This document shows, piece after piece, positions 10,101 through 21,600 of a stretch of DNA of 64,000 nt; the stretch's first letter is position 1; every line of letters begins with the position of its first letter. The stretch comes from Nitrospirota bacterium. Lineage in GTDB: Bacteria; Nitrospirota; UBA9217. The stretch covers positions 576,001-640,000 of the forward strand of contig CAWFSF010000006.1 in NCBI GenBank assembly GCA_963818475.1, in the 5' to 3' direction. The notes beneath the pieces are model-generated. The model had not been told where the DNA came from. It did no database searches and saw only the letters and a program-made list of their open reading frames with translations. The position numbers and the translations under genes were made by a program.

Positions 10101-13100
10101 GAAGGTCTACGTGGTCCACGACAGCGCCAAGGTGATCGACGGCAGGCTCACCACGGCCAGTCCGCCTTTTTACGGCATTGGTCTCGGCGGATATTTTGTT
10201 TTCGAATTCCCCTATTTTACGGTCGGCATCGTGGATGGCTATACGTACCGCGATATGGACGGTGTCTATGGTTACAAACCGGAGAATGGGGATCTCCCGG
10301 TCAAGAACGCTGTGATCCGGACGCCTGCTGCCTGGCACCATATTACCTACTCTCGGGAAAACGGCTTCTATGCGGCCTTTGCCGAGATCATCGGCAATGT
10401 GCCGGGCATGCCCGACCTGGAATTCAAGTTGACGGCCATCCATCCGTTAACGATGAAGCGCGTGGACATAACGTCTATTCTCAATGCTGAAAATAATATT
10501 GTCCACCTGCAGAACATCAAACTCGCCGGTCAGAGCGATATGCCGCCGGATACAGTGCCTCCGGCCATCAGTTTCAATCTGCAGGTAGCGCCGAACAGCG
10601 CACAGGACGCGAGCCATCAGAATGCCCGGTTCATGGCAGGCACCATATCGATCGGCACGAACCTTTTGACCTCGATCAGCATTATTGATCGGGACGTCGT
10701 GTCACCGACCTTGACGATCACCTGCAGCGGTGCGTGCACCCAGTCTCAGTATTCAGCAGTGCCGACCGTGACCGCGAGCACGGTGTACACGCCTGTCAGC
10801 CAGGAGAACATGGTCGCAACAACGAAGTTTACTTATGCGCCTAACTTCGACTCCGCTATAAGCTCGAACGGAACATTCTTCACCCCCTCCGGAGCGGCCA
10901 CGTACACGCTTACTCTCGAAGCGTCCGATTCTGCAGGCAATCACAGCAGCAGAAGCCTCACCGTCCGCGCTGTTGACCCGGCATCCGTACCTACCGACGG
11001 AGTCAATGGCCGGCCCATCGTGGATGAAATCATCCCGACGGACAATTCGGGAGGCGTCAATGTCGATGCCAAGGTCGAGATCACCTTCAGCGAAATGATG
11101 CAGGAGAGCACCATCAACAACAACACTGTCTCGCTGACCAACCTCGCGACGGGCCTTAGTGAGCCAGTATCGATCGAGTTTGCCGTAGAAGGCAGCCGGA
11201 TGAAGACCATACTGCGGCCTCTGCATCTTTTGAATTTCGATACAACCTATGAAAGTCCTCGTGACACAAGGTGTCCGTGATCTTTTCCCGAATACGTCGC
11301 AGCCGGCAGGCCAGGTTGATGCGAACGGCACTATGGCACTGGATCATGATTATTACGCGGAATTCACGACCAAAGCGCCCCAGGCCTTCGACATCACCCA
11401 ATTGCCGGGCGATACCCCCCCATTCACGGGCAGCCGCGACATCGCGCTCTATACTACGACCGTCAACGATTCGGCCACGGGTACGGAAGAAGAGCGCACC
11501 TATGCCTATGTGCTGACCAGCGCCAACGGCTGGAGGGTCGTGGATGTCACCGATCCCACTAATGCCAGGGTTGTTTACAGTAATCCCTGGGGGCAAAACC
11601 AGGTCGGTCTGCGGAATGTGGCCGTAGACGAGGACCTAAAGATCATGGCCATGACCGAGCTCATCCGACAGACTGAGTTCACCGGTATGATCCGGTTCTA
11701 CGATCTCGCTTCCAACCCGGAGGCACCCCCTATCGTCGGCCATGAGTGGCTTGCGGAAGGTTCCAGCGGAGTGCCCGGCAGGATCGCAATGTCCGGGGGT
11801 TATGCCTACATTGCCACCGGCATGGTCGGCATCCAGGTCGTGGACATCAACGCGACCAGGTCGCTAGCCAGCAGGCCTCATGGAGATGCCATCGTGGGCG
11901 GCCTGCCGACTGTGGACCTGGGCTACGGAAGCCCGCTCGACATCGTCATTCATCGGGCCGGCAAGGGGCTCTTGACCACGACCACGGGATATCTGCTGAC
12001 ACTCGATATCAATCCCACGCAGCCGCAGATCCTGAAACCATACAAACCCGCAGGATTCAGCGCCTGGCGCGTGGCCGCAGCCTCTGACTTCGAATACATC
12101 GACGATCAGGGCAACACCCAGACCATGGACCTGGCGATCGTGAACGGCTTCGAGGGAAAGATCAGCACTGTCGATATCACCGACCCCTACAACCCGCAGC
12201 ACTACACGGTCAAGAACGACGCGGGCGTCGACCGCACCGACTTTTACGTCACTGATATCGTCATAAGCAAAAAAACGCGCCTTGCCTATGCCGCAGCAGG
12301 CGCATCCGTCCTCATCTTCGACCTGTCCAACCCCCGCATTCCCCGTCTGCTCGGGACGATCACGAGTGCTCCCACCGGGGGAGGGACGGGCGATACTTTG
12401 CTCGGCTACTCGATGGCTTTGATCGAGAAGGATGGGTGGGTGTATTTGGCAAACAGTGATCGCGGAATGAGATTGTTGAACCTCACCGCTTTGCAGATCG
12501 AGGTAGATCCGAAATACATCATGCTTGACAACACCGGAAAGCCGGACACGACCAAAATCACCTATCGGCTCAGCCCACCGGATTATCAAGCAGCACCGGC
12601 AAAGGTTGTAGTTTACAAGGACGGAGTGGAATACAAGTCCATCCCTACGGCGGATATCGGTGGCGATGCTGCTACATTTGCGCAATCAGGAGAGTTATTC
12701 GACCTGAATAGTACCTATTATGCGCAAGTCGTGGTAAATGCAGGAATGATCGGAGCCAACGGAGAGAAACGAAGCCAAATCATACCGTTCCTCAAGGAAC
12801 CGCCGCTGGTAACGGATTACAACAGAGACAGAAAAATCGACAACGCGGACATGATGCGTGCAGCCAAGCAGGACACGTTTTATTTCTGGACAGGCTATTG
12901 GGGTGCGGCTGTTAATGGAACAAACGATCTGACTAATTATTTCCCTGTTTATCTTAATATTAAAGATTTGCTAAATATATACGATCCGGGAAAATTTACC
13001 TATCAATTGAAGTCAGCAAACCAAAACTTGATGTTTTTATTTACTGACCTGACTCCAAACACATCTGGAAATTACCTAACTGGCAACGCAACTAGCCTTG

Positions 13101-14542
13101 ATCAGGCTACGTCACTTGCTTACGCTTTCACGTACTCAATACCCAATATCGGACTTGTACTGAATAATAATGCGGCAAACCCCTCATTTTTACAACAGAT
13201 CAGGGATAATGGAAAAGGAATCATTTTAGTTAAAGGCACGTCAGCAGGCAATGCCCCTCTTGTTCTTGAAATTATCGACACGCAAACACATGCGCTGGTA
13301 TTTTTCTCGAATTTGAATATTAGCTTGGCGAGTGTTGAACAAATGTTTCGGCAAAAAAATCTTGTCAATCAAGGTGGGGGGCCTCTTCCCAATAGTGATC
13401 CGACTATGGGCGAAAAAGATCGTTTGAGTGAGCCCCTGAATTATCCTGACAAAGAATGCACCGGTGATCCTTCGGGTAACGGTAAGAATTTCGTTTTTGT
13501 TCACGGCTACAATGTCAATCCTCAGGAGGCCAGAGAATGGCATGCTGAAATGTTCAAGCGGCTGTTCTGGTCGGGGTCGAGAGCAAAATTCTGGGGAGTT
13601 ACATGGTATGGGTACGAGTCTCAAGTAGCAGGATATTGTCCAGAATATCATAATAACGTTGTGCATGCATTCGCAACATCTTCAGTGTTGGCGAATTTCC
13701 TGGCGCCTCTACAGGGCGAAATTACCATTGCGGCACATAGTTTGGGAAACGTGGTTGTAAGTTCAGCAATCGATCACGGCGCGAACGTGAAAAACTATTT
13801 TCTACTCAATGCAGCTGTTCCAGTGGAGGCTTTCTATGCAGGAGAGCCTGAATCGTCTGATATGTACCAGTTTGACTGGACAAACAATCCGTATGACCAT
13901 TTCCTTTGGGCAACAGAGTGGCATCGTCTGTTTTATGTGCCAGGAGCGCAGAATTTGGACGAGAGATCCAAACTGACCTGGAGAAATCGGTTTGCAAATG
14001 GAAACTCTGTTAGTTATTTTGATTTCTTTTCTCCCGGCGATGATGTATTAACTAGCATTTTTGCCATTCAAGAGAAAATGAAAGGTTCTACTGGTATCGA
14101 TGGATATAATGGGAGAAATTATGGGGGATGGGGCTTTAATTTCGCTGACTACTACGAAACTTATACAACTGGTGGCGGCGGATTAATGCTCTATGATAAG
14201 GCAAATACTTTAGATCCTGCCATCTTGAAAACGAAACCATTCTTCAAGAAAGACGGGCTAATTGATGCGGTTCTCATTCCAGGTCCGTCAGGCAGTGATG
14301 CTGCAAAAAACAATAGAGATCGTATGCTTGCTGAATCTTTCCCAGCGCTAACTCCAGCGGTCGGAACGAAGGGCGTTGGTTCTTTCCCTCAGAATTATAA
14401 TTTTAACATGCAAACGAATTTTGAGACTAACAATCAGTGGCCTCGATCTGATAATAAATGGCGGCATAGCGACATGAAGAATGTGCCCTATCTTTACGTG
14501 TATACTCTATTTGATAAATTTGTTAAGCTCGGAGGATTGTAG
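4126..14542 (+). CDS. Giant secreted protein (~3,471 aa if joined): about 10 Ig-like repeats, ZU5-like domains, SbsA/Big_5 Ig, LVIVD repeats and a C-terminal alpha/beta-hydrolase; candidate polymorphic toxin; split by a +1 frameshift at 11252-11254
   Basis: Sec signal ending SYA, repeated DTxxPxxTITxP Ig boundaries and LVIVD-type repeats (WRVVDVTDP, GIQVVDI, VLIFDLSNP). The C-terminus has FVFVHGYNV, AHSLG, SPGDDVL and WRHSD. Removing one A from TAT GAAA GTC restores a continuous Ig domain (LNFDTTYEVLVTQGVRDL) across ORFs 4126-11280 and 11249-14542. Confidence 0.85.
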
Positions 14543-14544
14543 CC

Positions 14545-15531
14545 ATGATACGAACCATTCCTTTAACTTTAACGTTCATGCTCATTTTTATTTTAATGAC
14601 AACCACTTCACACGCTAAGACGGAAATGGCAACAGCAGACTCAAAAATAAATTTCAAGATAGTTGATGAAGATGGAATCCCTGTTGAATTGGCCGACGTT
14701 GGAGTTGGATATATAATTTTGTCTTGGGGAATCAATAATAAAACCTTCGATGTAAAAGGTTATTCAGACGCAAATGGTTATTTTACTGCATATGCAAACG
14801 CTAGTGCGAAGATAGGTTTTACAGTTAAGAAAGAGGGTTATTACAGATCTTTTGGTCAATTTGAGTATAAGGAAATTAAGGATGGTAATTGGGAGCCAAG
14901 AAATCCAGAATTAATAGTAGTTTTGAGGAAAATAGTTAACCCTGTGCCGATGTATGCGCGAGATACAACAAAATCAGACTTGGAAATACCTGTAATAGGC
15001 AAGGAAATTGGTTTTGATCTTGTAGAATACGACTGGATAGCACCTTACGGCAAAGGCAAACATGCTGACCTTATCTTTAAAATTGATAAGCGATTTGCGA
15101 ACAATTATGATTTTGACACTACGTTAACAATTACTTTTTTAAATAAATTTGATGGGATTCAGCTTTTTAAAGAGGATCGTAGGAAAAATGGTAGCGAATT
15201 CAAATTACTTCGTACAGCTCCAGAAAAAGGATATCAGCACAAGTTAGTGCGCAATATCAGAAGTTCATCAGATAAACGCATTGAAAATGACTGTAGTGAT
15301 GATGATAATTATTTCTTTCGAATTCGATCAAAAGTGCTAAATGGGAAATTAGTGCAGGCCATGTACGGAAAAATTCAGGGAGGGATATGTCCTGAGCCAA
15401 GAAATTCGAAAAGTGCCCGAATCCTGTTCGCCTATTTTTTAAATCCTGATTATACGCGAAACCTTGAATACCGTCCTGGTGAAAACCTATTTAAAGATTT
15501 GCCAAGCACTGAACGAGTTGGGCTAGAATAG
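14545..15531 (+). CDS. Exported hypothetical protein, candidate cognate immunity protein
   Basis: Starts 2 nt after the hydrolase stop, has a signal peptide ending SHA, a carboxypeptidase-regulatory-like N-terminal sandwich (FKIVDEDGIPVELADV) and the same low GC as the hydrolase domain. The immunity role is inferred from context only. Confidence 0.7.
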   Translation: MIRTIPLTLTFMLIFILMTTTSHAKTEMATADSKINFKIVDEDGIPVELADVGVGYIILSWGINNKTFDVKGYSDANGYFTAYANASAKIGFTVKKEGYYRSFGQFEYKEIKDGNWEPRNPELIVVLRKIVNPVPMYARDTTKSDLEIPVIGKEIGFDLVEYDWIAPYGKGKHADLIFKIDKRFANNYDFDTTLTITFLNKFDGIQLFKEDRRKNGSEFKLLRTAPEKGYQHKLVRNIRSSSDKRIENDCSDDDNYFFRIRSKVLNGKLVQAMYGKIQGGICPEPRNSKSARILFAYFLNPDYTRNLEYRPGENLFKDLPSTERVGLE

Positions 15532-15698
15532 CGAGAGAAGTAATGAGGAACCATAACACTAACTGAGTGACGTTGTAGATTCTATATTGATTCAGACCCA
15601 TAGGGGAAAATTGTAGTTGAAGTTGCGTTGCGGATTTCTATGCGAGCTCGATTCCTTGGTTGGTTGAAAGGGTCAAGGCAATGATAGACAAAGGACCT

Positions 15699-18600
15699 AT
15701 GAAGAAACTTCTTTATATATTGTTAGCAGTGCTCCTGGCCTCAAGCCTTTGTGGCGTTTCGTTCGCCCAGCAGACCCCGACCCCCATCGCGAACATGACC
15801 TTCTCGATCGTGGGTATGACCATGCAGGCGGGTCCGGAGTACCAGGCCGTGCCCAAGGGCATCGCCTCCCAGGTGAACACGGGCTTTGAGAGCAATGGTG
15901 AGCCCATCTCCGCCGAACTTGCCGCCATGCTGCCGAAGGACTTCAAGGTCCAGGCTGAACTCACGGGCCCGACCTATGCTACGCCCCTTACGCTCACGAC
16001 CACGCCGGGCCAGCCTTTCCCCCTTCCGACGTTCCCCATGCTCGGCAAATATTCGCTTTCGAACATCCGGGTCGTGGACGGCGCAGGCAAGGCCTTCATG
16101 GCGGCCACGCCCCAGAGCGTGACCATCGAATCCATCAGCGACCCGCTCATCACAAGCGTGACCACCCGTCCGCTGACGCTCCAGGAGATCCAGGACCGGG
16201 GCGTGGTGGTGGACAGCACCAACTTTACGGTCTACGAGTTCACGGCTGCCATCGGCACCGAGAGCAACCAGCAGCCGCTCAACTTCCCCGTGCTCATCCC
16301 GAACCAGACCCAGGCCCAGAACGTCCAGGACCTCCCTCCGCCCACGGAGATCGGCCTGACTGAGCAGGAAGTGAACGTGCTCCCGCCCAATCTGAATCTG
16401 CCGGAGAACATCAGTATCTCCGGTTTCGTGATGGCCGCGGACGACGAGATGATGGATAAACTGGGAGGGTATGCGCTGCCTCCGATCCCGGGCGTCATCA
16501 TCATTCCGAACAACATCGGTTTTCTGAACCAGTACTTCAGCGCTCTCCTCATGGTGACGAACGGAGCGCCGGGCGCATCGAACCTTGTCGTGAAGGACCT
16601 GAAGGGTACCATTATCATGCCTGTCGGCGAGGACCAGACGCCGGGAACGGATGCAGCTCCCGGAGACGATCCGCTCCGCATGGCAAAGGGCGCGGACGCC
16701 TACTTCCCGAGGACCGCGGCGGTGATCAACGCAGGACCGGACGGCAAGATCGGCACCAGCGATGACACCGGTCTGCTTCGCCCCGCGGAAAGCGGCCAGG
16801 CGGATTTCACGATCGAAGGTCGCAGGGAAGGTACGCATAAGATCGATTTCAATATATCCGCGACCCTGGAGGGTCTTCCTATCGGGCCGATCACAATCAC
16901 GGGCAAGGCGACCGGCGCGGTCCTCGTCCGCAACCCGGACTTCAGCATCACTCTGGGACACCCCGCAACGGTGCGGGCAGGCGAGGAGTACGATCTTTTC
17001 ATCACCATCACCAATACGTCAAAGTCCATCGCGAACCTGGTGTCCACGCACATGGACCCTCGCGCTCTTTCGGGCGCCGTGATGGTTGCGGGCGAGGACC
17101 CGGACAAGCGGATCGATACGATCCTGCCCGGCTCGTCGGCAACGGTCAAGTACCGGCTCCTGTCGCAGCGCACGGGCAAAGTGACAGCCACGGCTTTTGT
17201 GGCTGACCCCAATGTGACCGGCAGGTTCGTGCTCCGCGTGGGTGTGGGAGAACTGGGCATCCCGCTTTCGCCGGATTCCCTGATCATCCCCTATACGGGC
17301 AGTTTGCCGCAGAACATCGTGGATGCGGCAGTGGGGCTCCTGGGCCAGGCATGGAGCGTTGCAACGGCGCCGACCGGCGCGCTTCCCTCCGATGTGCTGC
17401 CCATTAGCAGGCAGACCATCGTTTCCCGGGCGAACGATCTGTCCGAGGCGGGCCTCCGGATCCTCTACGGCGAGCAGGCGGTGAAGGCTGTGGAAGATCT
17501 GGCCTTCGATTTCATCGGCTCCGATAACGCCAATGTCGGTTTAGACAGTCTCAGAAGGAGATCGACCCAGGGCCAAAGCCTGAATGCGGCCATAGCAGGC
17601 GTGTTACAGTCAGAGGTCCAGTCTGTCGGGGCAATGGTGTTCCAGTCCGGTTTTGCGGATCTGATGACCTACCGGCCCGGCCATCTGTCGGTGATCACGA
17701 CCGAGGCGCCGGTCTTTGTGCAGGTGACCGAAGCAGGAGGAAAACGGGTCGGCGCGCTGGGGACCGGTGACCTCTACCGGGAAATATCCTATGCCGATCA
17801 ATTGACCTTGACCGAAGGTACGAACGGCCAGGGGCAGGGGACAAGAAGCACCTTGTCGCTGATAACAAAACTGGGGTCCGCAAGCTACCGGCTCGATGTC
17901 AAGGCTGCGGCTGATGCTTCCTTTGATATTGGTATTGTCGTACCGGGTGCGTCCACACTCCGGCAGGTTCGTTTCAGTAATCTATCACTTGCCGCGGAAA
18001 GCAATGCCTGGGTGGAACTCCTGCCGGGTACGGATACGGAGTATGTCCTGAATATCGACGTAAACGGTGACGGTGTTGCTGACCAGTCCGTTGTTTCCTC
18101 GATCTCGACCATTTTGGACCCGGGACCGCGGGTCGTTGCAGCCACCCAGATGACCCCGCTCGTTGGACCGGGAGGGGACAAGCACGGCCGGAACGTGGCA
18201 GTGCTCTTCTCGGAGCGCGTGAACAAGCTTGCTGCGGAGGACCTTGCAAACTATGCCGTGGAGGAGAATGCCGCCAGGCTCGTCAAGCTTCAGCCCAGCG
18301 GCAGGATGGCATTCGTTCTTCTTCGCGACGGCATCGGGCCCTTCTTCGGAAGTGCGGGTTCTGATGGGAAGTTCTACGGCAGGGCGATCACGGTATCGGG
18401 CCTGACCGACCGCCTTGGAAAGGCGATGGATGCTCCAGAGACCAGACCCATCGTGATCACGGCCATTGGACCTGCGGCGGTCGTATCGGGAACAGTGCGC
18501 ACTGCCCAGGGAACGCCCATTTCAGACGCCAGGATCCGGCTGCTCCAGCCGGTCTGGGTCGAACGTTATTTTGTGCGGGAGATCGAGTACCTTATTTTCA

Positions 18601-21600
18601 GCGAAAAACCGGTGAATGCCGATGGCACCTACCGTTTCGAATATGTTTTCAGGAATGACGATCCCGCCGGACCCTTCATGATCGAGGCGGTGAACGCGGC
18701 AACGAACGAAGCGGGCCAGATCACGGCAGCGGTCCAGGCGCATGGTCAGCGGCTTTCTCTCGATATTTTCATGAAGGCCAAGGGAAATGTGACCGGCGCA
18801 GTGCTTGACGAAAGCGGCAATGCGGTCGCCGGCGCCACGGTCCAGCTGGACACGCTGAACGACAGCCGGCAGTATTTCACCACGACCGACGCCACCGGCT
18901 CATTCTCGTTCTTGAATGTCCGGGTAGGCGCGTTCCGGCTAAAAGCGGTGAGCGTCGCCCTGTATGCCGAAGGGTTGATCATGGGCACGCTGTCCGAAGA
19001 CGGCGGCAATACTGTCCAGAACATAACGATCTACAAAGTTGCCGGTATTGCAAAGGGCGACGTGGCAGGCAAAGTGCTCGGCACGGACGGCAACCCCCGC
19101 TCCGGGGTGGTCGTCATTGTGCGAAGCGGTGAGCGCTATCAGAACTGGATGCGGAGCGGTCCTGACGGGAGCTTCAGCTTCACGGGTGTGACAGCCGGCA
19201 ATCTTACTCTGGATGCGCGGGACGATGCCACCGGTGAAACCGCCCGGGTGAGCGGGACCCTGGTTGAGAACACGACCGCAGTGTTCAACGTGCTCCTGAA
19301 AGGTATTGGCGCGTTCGAATGCCGGGTCATCCGTGAGGACGGGCTCTCGCTTGAGGGTTTTACCGTTATCGCGGAAGTGGGCTATACCAAGCAGGCCGCG
19401 CTCACAGATGCCAGCGGCATAGCCAGGTTCCAAAATATGCCGGTTGGCGACATCCGGGCGTCTCTCCCCGATCCTCGTAATCCCTCCGCGTCACCATTGG
19501 CTCAGGGCACGACGGTGCTCCAGGCGGCGGATGAGACAGCGTTCATAACGCTGTTCATTCCCTTTAAGGCAATGGCAACGGGAGGTATCCAGGGGAGCGT
19601 TTACCGGAGGACTGGCGAGATCTGGCCGAACGCAGAGGTGCGGCTTGTTACCGATCTTATGAGTCTCAAGTATAAACCCTACCGCTCAGATGCTCAGGGC
19701 CGCTTTGTGATCCCTGATCCGGACCCGACAAAGAACGACATTCTGCCGCTGGGCACCTATTATCTGATCGCTCGAGATGGAGCGGAGATCGCCAATGCCC
19801 ACGTTTCCCTCTGGTACGACGGACAGGTCAAGACGCAGGACCTCAGCGCCGCAGGCATGGGCTCCGTCAAGGGAACTATTTACGACCAAACGGGCGTGGA
19901 CCAGAACAACAACCCGGTGCTGATGCCGGCAGGCGCCGATGTGCTGCTCTTTTCCGTGAAGCCCTCTCTCGTGGGGTGGCTCCAGTTCGACTCAAGCACG
20001 CCAACAGCGGTCAAGAGCGATCCTCAGACGGGAAAATATTCCATTCCCGGCGTCTATGCAGGCAACGTCTCTGTCAGGGCATCCAATATATTCAAGCCTA
20101 CGCAGGTTCTCGCAAACGGGTCATTGACGCAGAACGGGCAGGCAGTGACGCTCGATCTGACGCTCAAAGACACGTTCGGTTCCATATCAGGCCACGTACT
20201 CCTTCCGGACGGATCGCCCGCTGGGCCGGGTATCGGCGTGACGATTACCTACGGCAATCCACCGGCGACGGTGACCGTCAGGACCGGAGACTCAGGCGAG
20301 TTCCAGTTCAGACCGGTTGTTCCCGCGGGAAGCTACCGCGTGCTTGTGGAAGACCCCATTTCGACCTTGAAGGCACAAACTTACGTTGCTGTTCCCGCTG
20401 GCAAGGACGTTCCCGTGGATATCCGGCTTCTGGGCAGGGGAGCGGTCATCGTGAATGTTGTTGATGCTGCGGGAGCCGTGGTATCTGGAGCAGAGATAAC
20501 GGTGAGCGGTTCCGGGTTCCCGCAGGATACCGCGGCAGGCACGACGGACCAGAGCGGATCGGCGGTGTTCCTCAATCTTACGGAGGGGAGTTATGCCGTT
20601 TCTGCGAAGGACGGCAATAACCTCGGCGGCAGGGCGCAGGGGAGCATCCCGGCAGACAACGCTTCGGTCACCGTGACCGTAACGCTTGCGCCGTCCGGCA
20701 CGGTGATCGGCCGGTTCCTCAAAGCCGACAACGCCACCCTCATTGCCGGAGGCCAGGTTAAGCTCATGAATTCCTCGCGGCAGGTTATCGCCTACAGTTC
20801 CAGTTCGTCCGAACCGGCGAATCCCGGCGTGTTCCGCTTCGAGTACGTGCCTTTGGGAGATTTTATCCTTGAAGGTTTTGATCCGCTTACGGACCGGAAA
20901 GGGATCGGCGGCGCTAGATTGACGTTCAACGGCCAGACCGTATCCGCGGATATCACGGTAACACCGCAGGGCGTGGTCAAGGGCACGGTATTGAACAACG
21001 CAGGCACGTCGCCCGTGGACGGGGCGCTGGTTTCCATCTCGGTAACCGGTGTGAGCACCTGGGCGTATAGCACGGTTACGGCGCCAGACGGCGGCTATCT
21101 GTTCGCCGGCGTTCCTGCCGGTAAGTTCACCATCAGCGTTACTGACCCCGCAACGAACCTCCGCGGCAGCGCCGCAGGAACGATCTCCTCCGAAAACGAG
21201 ATCGCTCGGGCCGATGTCAGGCTTCAGGCGAGCGGCGGCATTCAGGGCACGGTGTATCTGCCCGACGGCGTCACCCCCGCGCAGAACGTGGTCGTTTCCG
21301 TGACGCCGGGTTCGAAGACCGTCCAGACAAACGCGCAGGGATCCTTCGGATTCACCGGCCTTGTCGCGGGCGTTACCTATTCAATAACGGCAAGCGAGTT
21401 GGGAACTCACCGGGTTAGAAGGACGTCCGCTGTCATTACCTATGAAGGAGAAGTCGCCCAAGCGGACGTAACGCTGTACGGAGTAGGAACGGTGGAAGGC
21501 CTTGTTTACGATTCCGACGGCACGACAGTGCTGACGGGAGCAAAAGTGGACCTGCAGGCTTACGGGATCGGCAGCATTACCTCCCTTTCCGTCACCGTAT

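Noticed and set aside
11249-14542. Independent 1,097 aa gene
   Set aside because: It starts mid-domain with no signal peptide or RBS and is better explained as the continuation of 4126-11280.
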